A stretch of DNA of 62,375 bases, the filler included, from Caldilineae bacterium (lineage in GTDB: Bacteria > Chloroflexota > Anaerolineae > DTLA01), in the NCBI GenBank assembly GCA_037446815.1. It is 15 parts of 15 records of this genome, joined end to end, with 100 filler letters (N's around TTAATTAATTAA, not from the genome) between each part and the next. Parts side by side here need not be neighbours in the genome. Positions count along the whole stretch, not along the records: positions 26,706 to 30,736 come from JBBIHX010000214.1; positions 30,837 to 34,765 come from JBBIHX010000215.1; positions 34,866 to 38,783 come from JBBIHX010000216.1; positions 38,884 to 42,769 come from JBBIHX010000217.1; 11 more parts are not named here. One strand, given 5' to 3'. The notes beneath the pieces were generated by a model. The model did no database searches. It was not told where the DNA came from and worked only from the letters and a program-made list of their open reading frames with translations. This document shows positions 29,901 through 39,954 of the stretch, piece by piece. How positions within the stretch are numbered: the first letter of the stretch is position 1; each line of letters starts with the position of its first letter. The translations under genes and the position numbers were made by a program.

Positions 29901-30538
29901 AGCAGTTGCGCGGGCAGATCCGACGGCTGGGCGGCATCAACCCCACGGCCCCCACCGAGTACGCCGAAACCCTGGAGCGGTACAACTTCCTGACCTCCCA
30001 GTCCGAGGACCTGCAAGAGGCCGACAAATCGCTGCGGGCGGCCATCGCCGAACTGGACCGCATGATGAACGAGGAGTTCACCCGCACCTTTGAGGCCGTC
30101 GCGGAGCAGTTCACGGTGTATTTCACCCAACTGTTCGGCGGGGGGACGGCGCGGCTGGTGCTCACCGACCCCGACAACCCCATGGCGTCGGGCGTGGACA
30201 TCGTGGCGCGGCCCCCCGGCAAACGCACCCAGAGCCTGGCGCTCCTGTCCGGCGGAGAGCGCGCCCTGACCGCGGCGGCGCTTATCTTCGCCATCCTGAA
30301 GGTCAGCCCGGCCCCGTTCTGCATCCTGGACGAGGTGGACGCCATGCTGGACGAGTCCAACGTTCGGCGGTTCCGCGCGGTGCTGGAGGAACTGGCCCGC
30401 GACACCCAGTTCATCGTCATCACCCACAACCGCGGGACGATTGAGGTCGCCAGCACCATTTACGGCGTGTCCATGGGCGCCGACAGCGTCTCGCGCGTCC
30501 TGTCGCTGCGGCTGGATGAGGTAGAAGCGAAGGTGTAG
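26942..30538 (+). CDS. smc: chromosome segregation protein SMC
   Basis: GPNGSGKSN, hinge [31 protein letters not shown] start at 26942 after GGAGGG. Confidence 0.97.
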   Translation: MRLKRLELQGYKTFATKTEFVFNDGITAIVGPNGSGKSNIADAVRWVLGEQSYRLLRAKRTEDMIFHGSSQRARVGMAQASITLDNADGWLPLDFSEVTISRRAYRSGENEYTINGSRVRLKDVTELLAKSGLTKRNSIVIGQGHIDAALSLRPEERRTLFEEAANITLYQSKRDASLAKLEATEQNLVRVRDILAEIEPRLKTLRRQAQQAEAYHALNRELEDLLRVWYGYRWRRGSQALQQARETLNRARQVLSQAQARLDRLETQAATARAEQNALRQQLALWHRQSADIHTRAEAAQRDLAVRQERLRLVGRLLAEAQEEMSPLEASRTAQAERLQDAEARLQALTAEWEQAIAALRRVEEEYQSQQRARQELVSQITALQNELFDIATQAADRRNRLAQIAERRKEQLAEKQGHEAAIAAQRGEAEAVQSEQRALQQALSELEGEAAGLRESLAQAQQAIREAQERARQAEQEMARTREETATAQARLDMLRRMQEEGTGLYAGIKAVLSAAREGGLRGVLGVVADQIQTPPKLERAIETALGAHLQDVITETWADAERAIQYLRRESAGRATFLPLETLRPPAPLQPPKAPGLVGVASHLVSAPERLAPVLELLLGHTLVVRDMKAARELYDRLRGSFQIVTVDGELIRSTGAITGGVETRKSAGLLSRQRERAELEERLRGLAEQRGRLQEALRLSAEAEQAARARLAETERALAALAEKESHTRASIAALQRQADKKAQEIEWRQALVHQLEQNLEALAEKEAQAHADLERLAQREGDAQARLAQLQSSLEAMPDSLAVPLAEAKAAVSLAEQNVENHKAILRGHRQSLAQLDAQLENRRGRMAALETERAELEAAERELRTRSEALAAELEALAAQIRPAEARLAEMESAQAELETRIQQERAALRDAEQAHNHALLEMERRRDDLAALKRQMESDLGLIDVDVAEGLPTQPPLPLRPIVSSLPQVDALPEGLEEQIQQLRGQIRRLGGINPTAPTEYAETLERYNFLTSQSEDLQEADKSLRAAIAELDRMMNEEFTRTFEAVAEQFTVYFTQLFGGGTARLVLTDPDNPMASGVDIVARPPGKRTQSLALLSGGERALTAAALIFAILKVSPAPFCILDEVDAMLDESNVRRFRAVLEELARDTQFIVITHNRGTIEVASTIYGVSMGADSVSRVLSLRLDEVEAKV

Positions 30539-30668
30539 GCCGCGCCTGGCCCTCGGCCTTGCCCTCTCCACGGGCGGCGCACCTCACCCCGGGCTTTGGC
30601 CTCCTCGGTCGGCCTCCTCGGATTTAGGGGATTAGGCCTGTGGGGGCATGACCGCGCGGGGCCCGGCC

Positions 30669-30736
30669 TGTCACCCTGAGCGAAGCGAAGGGTCTCGGTT
30701 TGCGAGATTCTTCGCGGCTGCGCCGCTCAGAATGAC
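30669..30736. repeat. REP-like paired hairpin repeat
   Basis: TGTCACCCTGAGCGAAGCGAAGGGTCTC...GAGATTCTTCGCGGCTGCGCCGCTCAGAATGAC; related copies at 42926-42958, 50525-50557, 50635-50664, 58591-58651. Confidence 0.8.
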
Positions 30737-30836
30737 NNNNNNNNNNNNNNNNNNNNNNNNNNNNNNNNNNNNNNNNNNNNTTAATTAATTAANNNNNNNN
30801 NNNNNNNNNNNNNNNNNNNNNNNNNNNNNNNNNNNN

Positions 30837-30967
30837 CGCCACGCTGCCCTGAATTCCTCCCCCGGTTCCAGCGGAACCTGTTGTCGGACGAACCAGTCCA
30901 CGTCCACCGAGCTGCTAGCCCCTGCGGTCTGTATCGGTTGAACCGGTTGGCGCGTCAAGTCGTCCAC
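30837..30967 (-). CDS. hypothetical protein, 5' fragment
   Basis: TG-extended TATAAT and GGAGGG upstream of GTG; frame open to the contig end. Confidence 0.5.
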
Positions 30968-31014
30968 AGCGGCACCCTCCGCATGCTTGGACTATTATAC
31001 CACAATCCGCGCGC

Positions 31015-32865
31015 TCATAACAGGTCCTTGACGCGCTCGGCGATCTCCCGCGTCATCCCTGGGACGGCGGCCAGTTCCTCCACGCTGGCACGCCGTATGC
31101 CGTCCAGCGAGCCGAAGCGGGCCAGCAGCGCCTTCCTACGCCGCGGCCCAATCCCCGGAATGCGGTCCAGCGATGAGGCCAGCCCCGTCCGCTGGCGGAT
31201 GGTGCGATGGTAGGCCACGGCGAAACGGTGGGCCTCGTCGCGCAGCCGCTGGAGCAGGAACGACGCCTGCGAGTTCGGCGGGAGGGGCACAGGGTCGGGG
31301 CGGTCCGGGACGAAGACCTCCTCGCGCTCTTTCGCCAGGGAGGCCAGGGCGATGTCGGTGATGCCCAGGTCCTCTAGCACCTTGCGCGCCGCGTTGAGTT
31401 GCCCCTTGCCGCCGTCTATCAGAATCAGGTCGGGCTTCAGCGCGAAGGCGTCGGGCTTTGCCCCAGGGAGGCGCGGCTCCTGGTCCGCGGCCGCTTTCAG
31501 CCGCAGCAGGCGACGGCGGAGCACCTCGGCCATCATGGCGAAATCGTCCGCGCCCTCCACCGTCTTGATGCGGAACCGCCGATAGTCGCTCTTGCGCGGC
31601 GTGCCCTTGACGAACACCACCATGCTGCCGGTGGCCGAGGCGCCCTGGATGTTGGAGATGTCGTAGCACTCCATGCGCGTGGGCGGGTCGGGCAGGCCCA
31701 GCGCCCCCTGCAACTCGGCCAGCGCCGCTGCCCACTTGGCTTCATCCTGCTGCCACTGGGCGCGCAGGTGGGCCAGGGTCTCGGTGGCGTTCTTGGACGC
31801 CAAGGCCACCAGGTCCTTCTGCTCGCCCCGTCGCGGGACTCGTACCACGACCTTGTTTCCCCGCTTGCTCCGAAGCCAAGATTCCACCACCAGCCGCTCG
31901 TCCAGGCCCTCGCTGAGCACAATCTGCGGCGGAATGTAGGCGGCCTCGTCGTAGAACTGCTTGACGAACGACCCCAGGATGTGCGCGGGCTGGTCATCCT
32001 CCACGCCGTCCAGCAGGAACGTTTCGCGGCCGATGAGTTTGCCGCCGCGGATGAAGAAGACCTGAACGCAGGTGTCGCCGTCCTCGCGGGCGAAGGCGAT
32101 GACATCCTCGTCGGCGCGGGCGCGGGTAACCACGCGCTGCCGTTCCACCACCCGCTGCACCGCGCTGATCTGGTCGCGGATAAAAGCGGCCCGCTCAAAG
32201 TCCAGCGCCTCAGCGGCGGCCTTCATCTGCGCCTGCAACTGCGACTGAATCCGCTCCGTCTTGCCCTCCAGAAACAGGCAGATTTGCTGGATGGTGGCGC
32301 GATAATCCTCCTCGGAGATGGCGCCGATGCACGGCCCCGAACACCGCTTGATGTGGTAGTAGAGGCAGGCGCGGCGATCCTTGCCCGTAATCTCGCGCGT
32401 GCAGGTCAGGTAGGGGAAGATGCGCCGCAGGAGGTCCAGCGTCTGGTGCACCGCGCCCACGTCGGCGAAGGGGCCGTAGTAGCGCGCGCCGTCCTGCCGC
32501 ATTTCGCGGGTTACCTCCACCCGCGGGAAGGGGTCTTGCCAGTGAATCTTGATGTACGGGTACCGCTTGTCATCCTTGAGCCGCACGTTGAAGCGCGGGC
32601 GGTGCTCCTTGATGAGGTTGCATTCCAGCACCAGGGCTTCCAATTCGGTCGCCGTAACGATGAACTCCAGGTCGGCAACCTCGGCCACCAGCCGCCGTAT
32701 CTTGGACGATGTCTGGGCCGAGTCCTGGAAGTACGAACGGACGCGGCTTCGCAGGTTCACCGCCTTGCCGACGTAGATGACCCGCCGCTCGGCATCCCGC
32801 ATGATGTAGACGCCCGGCTCGGTGGGCAGGGCATCCAGTTTGGCGCGAAAATGCTCCGCGATCAT
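31015..32865 (-). CDS. uvrC: excinuclease ABC subunit C
   Basis: LPTEPGVYIM..IYVGKAVNLRSRVRSYF, MECYDISN, LIDGGKGQL, RDEAHRFA, HhH IPGIGP; ATG 32865. Confidence 0.97.
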   Translation of the reverse strand: MIAEHFRAKLDALPTEPGVYIMRDAERRVIYVGKAVNLRSRVRSYFQDSAQTSSKIRRLVAEVADLEFIVTATELEALVLECNLIKEHRPRFNVRLKDDKRYPYIKIHWQDPFPRVEVTREMRQDGARYYGPFADVGAVHQTLDLLRRIFPYLTCTREITGKDRRACLYYHIKRCSGPCIGAISEEDYRATIQQICLFLEGKTERIQSQLQAQMKAAAEALDFERAAFIRDQISAVQRVVERQRVVTRARADEDVIAFAREDGDTCVQVFFIRGGKLIGRETFLLDGVEDDQPAHILGSFVKQFYDEAAYIPPQIVLSEGLDERLVVESWLRSKRGNKVVVRVPRRGEQKDLVALASKNATETLAHLRAQWQQDEAKWAAALAELQGALGLPDPPTRMECYDISNIQGASATGSMVVFVKGTPRKSDYRRFRIKTVEGADDFAMMAEVLRRRLLRLKAAADQEPRLPGAKPDAFALKPDLILIDGGKGQLNAARKVLEDLGITDIALASLAKEREEVFVPDRPDPVPLPPNSQASFLLQRLRDEAHRFAVAYHRTIRQRTGLASSLDRIPGIGPRRRKALLARFGSLDGIRRASVEELAAVPGMTREIAERVKDLL

Positions 32866-33449
32866 GCGCTCCCAGACGACTCCATCCGATTGGCCCGGCG
32901 CTGCTTCCGTCGGCGCACCCACAGGTAGAAGCCGAGAATCAGCAGCAGGAACAGGACGAAGGTAATAACCGGCACGAGGATGGCCATGACCGAGGTCCCG
33001 GCTGATACAACGTCTTCGGTAAAACTCACGGCGGGGTTCAGCACGCCCCCGCCCAACGTGGTGATGACGGGGCGCGAGGTCGCCTTGACTGCGTGCACGC
33101 CGCCCGCCACGATGAGGCCGCACACGATGGCCACCACGGGGTGAATGTCGGTGATGACGCGCGTGCTGGCGGCGAACAGGATCGCCCCGGCGGCGGGCCG
33201 AACCACCGTCTGAATGACATCGTTCACCGTGTCCACCGCCGGAATCTTGTCCACGAAAATCTCCACGGTCAAGAGCACCAGCAGCACGCCGATGGCCCAC
33301 CAACTGGTGAGGGCGTCAAACGGCGGGCTGAGGTGAATCCAGTCGGTGAACCGCCCCGCCAGCGCCACAATCAGCAGCGGCAGGTAGGCGTTCAACCCAG
33401 CCGCCCCCGCCAACCCAAAGCCCGTCAGAAGTCCCGTCGCCCAGTCCAT
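32862..33449 (-). CDS. DUF4126-like membrane protein
   Basis: GLAGAAGLNAYLPLL, EIFVDKIPAVD, RPAAGA, SFTED. Confidence 0.85.
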   Translation of the reverse strand: MDWATGLLTGFGLAGAAGLNAYLPLLIVALAGRFTDWIHLSPPFDALTSWWAIGVLLVLLTVEIFVDKIPAVDTVNDVIQTVVRPAAGAILFAASTRVITDIHPVVAIVCGLIVAGGVHAVKATSRPVITTLGGGVLNPAVSFTEDVVSAGTSVMAILVPVITFVLFLLLILGFYLWVRRRKQRRANRMESSGSA

Positions 33450-33471
33450 CCCTTACCTCCCAATTCTTGCA

Positions 33472-34257
33472 TCAGGGTACACCCAACCCCTTGTGCTCCA
33501 GCGCTGCCCGCGCGATGCGGATGAGGAGCAACTCGCCCGACGCCAGAAGGAACCCCGCCGCGAGCGCCGGCAGCACGTCCCGAAACGCGGAGGCCCGCTC
33601 CTCCCTGCGCGCCAAGACCACCCACAGCGCCGCGTTGACGCCGGTGAACATCAGCGCCATGCCGGCCAGGCTCAGCAGCGAGACCACCGGCAGCAGCCAC
33701 GCCACGCGACTCATCACCGGCAAGGCCGCCCACGCGACCAACGCCAGGCCGATGACCTCGCGGGGGCGGCGCAAGATGGATGCATTGGCCCAGTCGCGCC
33801 ACAGGACGGCGTTGAGCAGCGGGTATCCGAACCCCACCATCGCCATCCCGCTGAAGACGCCCGTCGCGTAGCGCAGCGTGTTGTCGGGCGCGTACAGCCG
33901 CACACCTCCGCCGGTGAGCGCATCCGCGAACGAGTTGCCGCCGTCCAGCGCCATCAGCGCCAGCCCCGCCGCCAGCATCAGCGCCACCGCCCTGGGCGGA
34001 AACGCGCCGGACTTGGCGCGGCCCGTGGCCCAGGCGAAGCCCAGCACGGCCAGCGCCCCGAAGTACGTCCCCGTGCACCGCGCGCACAGCGGGAACGCCG
34101 CGCCGCCAACGGCCAGCGAGTGCTCGGGCCACTGGTGGCAGACGGAATAGCCCACCGCTCTGGCTGCCGCGAGCATGGCGTGGGGAAACGCGAACGCTGC
34201 TGCGATGAGCACTGCCGCGGCCCCGAGGCCGACTCGCCTTGCCATATGCGCCCCCAT
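33472..34257 (-). CDS. DUF2085-like membrane protein
   Basis: VCHQWPEHS and PLCARCTGTYFG, multiple TMs. Confidence 0.8.
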   Translation of the reverse strand: MGAHMARRVGLGAAAVLIAAAFAFPHAMLAAARAVGYSVCHQWPEHSLAVGGAAFPLCARCTGTYFGALAVLGFAWATGRAKSGAFPPRAVALMLAAGLALMALDGGNSFADALTGGGVRLYAPDNTLRYATGVFSGMAMVGFGYPLLNAVLWRDWANASILRRPREVIGLALVAWAALPVMSRVAWLLPVVSLLSLAGMALMFTGVNAALWVVLARREERASAFRDVLPALAAGFLLASGELLLIRIARAALEHKGLGVP

Positions 34258-34317
34258 CCGGATTCAACGCGGACTATTATACTCCAGTCTGCCCCTCGGC
34301 GCGAGTTGGGTAGGGGG

Positions 34318-34647
34318 AATTCGGGTCCGAGGTGCGTCGGCAGCCGCCATTGCGAGGGCGCGGGCGACGCCCTCACCCCAGCCCTCTCCCAGCGGGAGAG
34401 GGAGCCACGCCCTCACCCAACCCTATTCGCGTGGCTTCGCGTTATTGGCGGTTGCACTTCTCCGAAGTTGCTTTATGTCGTGCCGCATTGCGCGCGGCGC
34501 CAAGCCGCGTGGACTGCACCAACACGGTTTGGAACCGAATAAGGGAGACTCGGGTCCGAGGTGCGTCGGCAGCCGCCATTGCGAGGGCGCGGGCGACGCC
34601 CTCACCCCAGCCCTCTCCCAGCGGGAGAGGGAGCCACGCCCTCACCC
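34318..34647. repeat. tandem MITE-like elements containing a 98-bp direct repeat
   Basis: 34321-34418 repeated at 34550-34647; degenerate termini at 34318 and 34547, opposite terminus CCAACACGGTTTGGAACCGAAT at 34519-34540; contains CCCTCACCCCAGCCCTCTCCC..GGGAGAGGG hairpin. Confidence 0.75.
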
Positions 34648-34884
34648 CCGGCCTTCGGCCTGAGAACGAGGGGGAGGTTAGGTGCGAGCCCCTTGAGGTC
34701 TACTCCCATCCGTGCAATCCGCGTTATCCGTGGATGTGGCCGAGCCCTATTCGCGCGGATTCGTGNNNNNNNNNNNNNNNNNNNNNNNNNNNNNNNNNNN
34801 NNNNNNNNNTTAATTAATTAANNNNNNNNNNNNNNNNNNNNNNNNNNNNNNNNNNNNNNNNNNNNCGCAACAACCGAAACCGAA

Positions 34885-35131
34885 CGACGCCGAACAGGAG
34901 GAGTAGGCGCGCGGATGCTGGTAGAGAAGAGGGGTCGTCGGCTGAAAGCCCCTCGCAGCGGAAACCGCCGAAGGTCGCCTGGGAGTCGGGTCGCCGAACC
35001 GCTGTCGGAGTAAGCGGCCCCGGGTTCGCCCGTTACAGCGCCCGAGCGCCAGCGGCCCGTTGCTGCTGGAAGCAAGGTGGTACCACGGAAGATTGCCCCT
35101 TTCGTCCTTGTGGCGAAGGGGGTTCTTGTTT
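34885..35131 (+). promoter_or_regulatory. T-box riboswitch (Val) with intrinsic terminator
   Basis: GGAGTAGG, GCTGAAAG, specifier GAAG-GTC (34974-34976), T-box AAGCAAGGTGGTACCACGG (35070-35088), terminator hairpin plus T-rich tail. Confidence 0.92.
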
Positions 35132-35137
35132 ATCTGG

Positions 35138-35210
35138 AGCAATCAGCCATCAGCAATCAGCGATCAGCCAGCAGTCCGGATTCGCTGACCGCTGACCGCT
35201 GATAGCCGAA
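35138..35210. repeat. heptamer tandem repeats (ATCAGCR / GCTGAYR) in inverted arrangement
   Basis: ATCAGCC ATCAGCA ATCAGCG ATCAGCC then GCTGACC GCTGACC GCTGATA; similar tract at 37968-38022. Confidence 0.65.
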
Positions 35211-35226
35211 TGCCGGAGGTGTCGCG

Positions 35227-37971
35227 ATGAGCCCCAAAGAAATGCCCAAGACCTACGATCCAAGCGCGACGGAGCAGCGCATCTACGAATGGTGGGAGTC
35301 GCGGGGATATTTCCGCCCGCGGATTGACCCGGCCAAGCAGCCGTGGACCATCACCATGCCGCCGCCGAATGTTACCGGCGCGCTGCACTTGGGCCATGCC
35401 ATCACCGCCGCCATTGAGGACCTCATGACCCGGTGGCACCGCATGCGCGGGGAGCCGACGCTGTTCCTCCCCGGCTCGGACCACGCCGGCATCGCCACGC
35501 AGGCCGTGGTGGAGCGCGAACTGGCGAAGCAGGGCATCTCCCGCCACGACCTGGGCCGCGACAAGTTCATTGAGAAGTGCTGGGAGTGGAAGCACATCTA
35601 CCACCGCCGCATCACGGATCAGCACCGCAAACTCGGCGTCTCGTGCGATTGGGAGCGCGAGCGGTTCACCCTGGACGAGGGGCTGTCGCGCGCCGTCCGC
35701 ACCGCCTTTGTGCGCCTGTACGAGCAGGGCCTCATTTATAGGGGCACCTACCTGGTCAACTGGTGTCCGCGATGCACATCGGCCATCTCGGATTTGGAAG
35801 TGGAGCACGAGGAACAGGCGACGAGCCTGTGGTACGTGCGCTACCCGCTGCTCAACGGCGATTGGAGCGGGCCGCACCACGCGTGGGGCAGCGGGCGCTG
35901 GGCCGAGGGCGCGACGGAGTTCATCCAGGTGGCGACGACCCGCCCCGAAACCATCCTGGGCGATACCGCCGTCGCCGTGAACCCCAACGACGAGCGCCAC
36001 GCCGGCCTTATCGGGCGCCAGGCCGTGCTGCCCGCCATCGGGCGCGTGATTCCCATCATCGGCAGCCTCACGGTGGACACGGCTTTCGGCACCGGCGCGG
36101 TGAAGGTAACCCCCGCCCACGACCCGACCGACTACGAGATCGGCCTGCAGCATGGGCTGGATGCGCCCATCGTCATGGACGAGGTAAGCCGCATGAACGA
36201 ACTGGCCGGGCCGTACCAGGGGCAGGATCGTTTTGAGTGCCGCCGCAACTTGGTGGCGGATTTGGAAAAAGAGGGCCTGCTGGTCAAGATTGAGCCGTAC
36301 ACCCACGCCGTGGGCACGTGCCAGCGGTGCCACACGGTCATAGAGCCGCGCATCTCCACGCAGTGGTTCGTGCGCATCAAGCCCCTGGCCGAGCCGGCGC
36401 TTCAGGCTGTCCAGGACGGGCGCATTCGCATTGTTCCGGACCGCTTCGTTAAGATTTACGCCAACTGGATGGAGAACATCCGCGACTGGTGCATTTCGCG
36501 CCAACTGTGGTGGGGCCACCGCATCCCGGTGTGGTACTGCGACGACTGCGGCGCGCAGACGACGGGCCTCACCGACCCGACGGCGTGCGGCACGTGCGGC
36601 AGCAAGAACATCCGCCAGGATCCGGACGTGCTGGACACGTGGTTCTCGTCCGGCCTGTGGCCCTTCTCCACGCTGGGCTGGCCTGACGATACCGAGGACA
36701 TGCGCTACTTCTACCCGACGACGGTGCGCGAGACCGGCTACGACATCCTGTTCTTCTGGGTGGCGCGGGAGATTATGCTGGGCCTGGCGATGACCGGTGA
36801 GGTGCCCTATCGCGTCGTGTATCTGCACGGCCTGGTGCGCAACGCCCAGGGCAAGAAGATTTCCAAATCCATGCCCGACGCCGACAAATACGACCCGCTC
36901 AACGTGATTGACGAGTACGGCGCCGACGCGCTGCGCTTCACGCTGGTTACCGGCAGCACGCCCGGGCAGGATATGAAACTCTCGCCGGAGCGCATCGCGT
37001 CCAACCGCAACTTTGCCAACAAGATTTGGAACGCGGCGCGGTTCGTCCTGTCCAATCTGGACGATGCGCCGCTGCCCTCTGACCCCTGGACGCAGGCGCT
37101 GGAGCCGGTGGATCGGTGGATACTCAGCCGCCACAATCGTCTCATCGCCGAGGTGAACCGTCTGATGGAGGATTACCAGTTCGGCGAGGCGGGCCGCCAA
37201 ATCTATGACTTCCTTTGGGGCGAGTACTGCGACTGGTACATTGAGGCCACCAAGTCGCGCCTTTACGCCGACGGGGAGGGATCAACCGGCGCGAACGCGA
37301 CGGGCCAGGATTCGCGAGCGGCGTCTAGGCGGGCCGCCCTGTCGGTGCTGGTGCACGTGCTGGAACGCTCCCTGCGCCTGCTGCATCCGTTCATGCCATT
37401 CGTAACCGAGGAAATCTGGCAGAACCTGCCCCACGAGGGCGAGGCGCTCATCATCGCGCCGTGGCCCGAACCCGGCCCCCGCGATGAGGACGCCGAGCGC
37501 GAGATGGGCGCGCTGATGGACGCGGTCCGCGCCATCCGCAACGCCCGCGCCGAGTACAACGTGGAGGCGGGCAAGCCGATTGAGGCGCACATCGCGGCCG
37601 GGGCATTCTACGAGACCTTCGCGGCGCAGCGGGATATCCTCATGCGCCTGGCGCGGCTGGACCCGGAGCGGCTGGAACTGGCCCCCGCCCTGGCCCGCCG
37701 ACCCGACAAGGCGCTGGCGCTGGTATTCCCCGGCGTGGAGGTGTACCTGCCGCTGGCGGGGATGGTGGACGTGGACAAGGAGCGCGCCCGCCTGGCGAAG
37801 GAGTTGGAGCGGGTTGGGGCCGACATCGCCCGCTCGGAGAAACTGCTGGCCAACGAGGGGTTCATCCGCAAGGCGCCCGAGGACGTGGTGGAAGAGGAAC
37901 GGGAGAAACTGGCCGCGCTGCAGGACCGCAAGGCGCGCCTGGAAGAGCAGGTGCGGGTGCTGGGGGGATAG
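35227..37971 (+). CDS. valS: valine--tRNA ligase
   Basis: PPPNVTGALHLGH, ATTRPET, DWCISRQLWWGHRIP, DVLDTWFSS, KISKS, C-terminal coiled coil. Confidence 0.97.
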   Translation: MSPKEMPKTYDPSATEQRIYEWWESRGYFRPRIDPAKQPWTITMPPPNVTGALHLGHAITAAIEDLMTRWHRMRGEPTLFLPGSDHAGIATQAVVERELAKQGISRHDLGRDKFIEKCWEWKHIYHRRITDQHRKLGVSCDWERERFTLDEGLSRAVRTAFVRLYEQGLIYRGTYLVNWCPRCTSAISDLEVEHEEQATSLWYVRYPLLNGDWSGPHHAWGSGRWAEGATEFIQVATTRPETILGDTAVAVNPNDERHAGLIGRQAVLPAIGRVIPIIGSLTVDTAFGTGAVKVTPAHDPTDYEIGLQHGLDAPIVMDEVSRMNELAGPYQGQDRFECRRNLVADLEKEGLLVKIEPYTHAVGTCQRCHTVIEPRISTQWFVRIKPLAEPALQAVQDGRIRIVPDRFVKIYANWMENIRDWCISRQLWWGHRIPVWYCDDCGAQTTGLTDPTACGTCGSKNIRQDPDVLDTWFSSGLWPFSTLGWPDDTEDMRYFYPTTVRETGYDILFFWVAREIMLGLAMTGEVPYRVVYLHGLVRNAQGKKISKSMPDADKYDPLNVIDEYGADALRFTLVTGSTPGQDMKLSPERIASNRNFANKIWNAARFVLSNLDDAPLPSDPWTQALEPVDRWILSRHNRLIAEVNRLMEDYQFGEAGRQIYDFLWGEYCDWYIEATKSRLYADGEGSTGANATGQDSRAASRRAALSVLVHVLERSLRLLHPFMPFVTEEIWQNLPHEGEALIIAPWPEPGPRDEDAEREMGALMDAVRAIRNARAEYNVEAGKPIEAHIAAGAFYETFAAQRDILMRLARLDPERLELAPALARRPDKALALVFPGVEVYLPLAGMVDVDKERARLAKELERVGADIARSEKLLANEGFIRKAPEDVVEEEREKLAALQDRKARLEEQVRVLGG

Positions 37972-38035
37972 CCGTCGGCTGACAGGGAACAGCGGTCGGC
38001 GATCAGCGATCGGTAATCAGCGGGCGGATGTGCAA

Positions 38036-38608
38036 TTACGGCGCGGGTTGCGTAGGCGAGTCGTCTTCGGCGGCTTCGTCTGCCGCGGCGGGGCGGGCAG
38101 GTTGCTTGGGCCTGTCCAACCCGCGCCACGCCATGATGAGCAGAATCGGCGTCAGCACGTACACGATGAGGTTGACGTACTGATCGCATAGGTTGGCCGT
38201 CCACGGGAAGCCGCGCACGCGGAAGAAGTCGGTGGCGTGGCCGCGCAGGAGAATCTCCACAGGGTTGCTGAGCGCGCCGACGAGAAGCGTCGTCATGAGG
38301 AGCACCACCTTGCGCGCCGGCGCGGTCGGGTCCATCTGGGCGGCCCAGCGCAGCAGATACACGACCATCCCGGCCGCGAGCAGCAGGGATGCCCCCGCAA
38401 TCCATCGGTACGGCCCCAGCGCCCCGAAGATGTAATGATACCCCTCGTTGTAACTCAAGTACCAGGAAATGAACGGGATGGGCGAAGGAATCGGCTCGGC
38501 TCCGAAGACGAGCGATCGCTCGGCCACGGCCTTGGCCGCCCAGTCCAGGGCGAATAGGGCGATGCCGATGCCGATGACTGCGATGCGTTCCAGTGTTCGT
38601 TTGCTCAT
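38036..38608 (-). CDS. divergent signal peptidase II (LspA-like)
   Basis: ALDWAAK, YNEG, GALSN, ATDFF, ANLCD; four TMs; ATG 38608. Confidence 0.7.
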   Translation of the reverse strand: MSKRTLERIAVIGIGIALFALDWAAKAVAERSLVFGAEPIPSPIPFISWYLSYNEGYHYIFGALGPYRWIAGASLLLAAGMVVYLLRWAAQMDPTAPARKVVLLMTTLLVGALSNPVEILLRGHATDFFRVRGFPWTANLCDQYVNLIVYVLTPILLIMAWRGLDRPKQPARPAAADEAAEDDSPTQPAP

Positions 38609-38995
38609 GTCTGCCTCTCGCGATGATTGCGCCCTACAATACCCGAAAACGCGCCGCATGACAAAACGGCGCGTGGCGCAATGACGGCACCGCAGAGACA
38701 GAGCAGGCACAGAGTTTCCTCTGTGTTTCCCGCGACGAGTGTTAGCCCTGCGCGGCCGTGCTCCCTCTCCCGGCGGGCGAGGGNNNNNNNNNNNNNNNNN
38801 NNNNNNNNNNNNNNNNNNNNNNNNNNNTTAATTAATTAANNNNNNNNNNNNNNNNNNNNNNNNNNNNNNNNNNNNNNNNNNNNGCTACACCGCCGGCAAC
38901 TTCGGGGCATACATCCGAAATGGCGACGCAGTCTGGGACAGCCTGGAGGCGCGAGCGCTGCCGTAGCAAACGTTCGACGCACCTCCAGACGTGAT

Positions 38996-39949
38996 TCACA
39001 CGCCCGCGCAGCAGGCCACGCTGACCCGATGCGCGGGCGACTGCCCCGCCAGGACGCGCAACACCTCGCGCGCAACCTCCATGCCGACCCGCGCCCTAGC
39101 CTCGGCTGTGGAGCCGCCGATGTGCGGCGTCAGGATCACCCGCCGATCCGCCAGGAGCCGCCGATTGGTGGGAGGCTCCCGCGCAAACACATCCAGCGCC
39201 GCGCCCGCCACCTTCCCCTCCGCCAGCGCGTCGGCCAGCGCCTCCTCATCCAGCACCTCCCCGCGGGCGCAGTTGACGATTCGGCAGCCCGGCTTGACCA
39301 AAGCCAGCGCCTCCCTACCCACCAGGCGATGCGTTGAGGGAGTGGCCGGCACGTGGATGGAGATGAAGTCCGCCCTTGCCAGCAGCGCCTCCAGCGGCAG
39401 CAGCGGAACCCCCAGCGCCGAGGCCCGTTGCGGCGCGACAAACGGGTCTGTCGCGATCACGGTCATCCCCAGGGCCAGCGCCCGCCGCGCCACCTCCATC
39501 CCAACACAGCCCAGCCCGATGATGCCTAGAACCTTGCCGTACAACTCCACGCCCTCAAACTCGCCGCGCCGCCATTCGCCCGCTCGCACACTGGCATCGG
39601 CCTGGGGAATGTGCCGGGCCAGGGCGAGCATCAGCCCCAGGGTGTGCTCCGCGACAGCGATGGCATTGGCGCCGGGCGTGTTGACGACCAGGATGCCCCG
39701 GCGCTCCGCTTCCGCCACGTCTATGTTGTCCACGCCGCTGCCGGCCCGCGCGATGAGCCGCAGGCGTTCCGCGCGCCGCAGTACCTCGCGGCAGACCCGC
39801 GTCTGGCTGCGCACGATGAGCGCATCGTAGTCGCCGATGATGGCGCGCAACTGCTCGCCGCGGCAACCGTCGCGGACGTCCACCTGATGGCAGGCGCGCA
39901 ACAGGGCCACCGCCTCGGGCGATAGGGTCTCGGTAATCAGGATTCGCAT
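38996..39949 (-). CDS. serA: D-3-phosphoglycerate dehydrogenase-like, short form lacking ASB/ACT domains
   Basis: YDALIVRSQT, RAGSGVDNID, NTPGANAIAVAEH, GIIGLG, NCARG, LDVFAREP, TPHIGGST; ATG 39949. Confidence 0.8.
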   Translation of the reverse strand: MRILITETLSPEAVALLRACHQVDVRDGCRGEQLRAIIGDYDALIVRSQTRVCREVLRRAERLRLIARAGSGVDNIDVAEAERRGILVVNTPGANAIAVAEHTLGLMLALARHIPQADASVRAGEWRRGEFEGVELYGKVLGIIGLGCVGMEVARRALALGMTVIATDPFVAPQRASALGVPLLPLEALLARADFISIHVPATPSTHRLVGREALALVKPGCRIVNCARGEVLDEEALADALAEGKVAGAALDVFAREPPTNRRLLADRRVILTPHIGGSTAEARARVGMEVAREVLRVLAGQSPAHRVSVACCAGV

Positions 39950-39954
39950 CGCGC

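Noticed and set aside
31015..33303. 762-aa UvrC with N-terminal extension
   Set aside because: The extension overlaps the DUF4126 gene in another frame; the likely start is ATG 32865.
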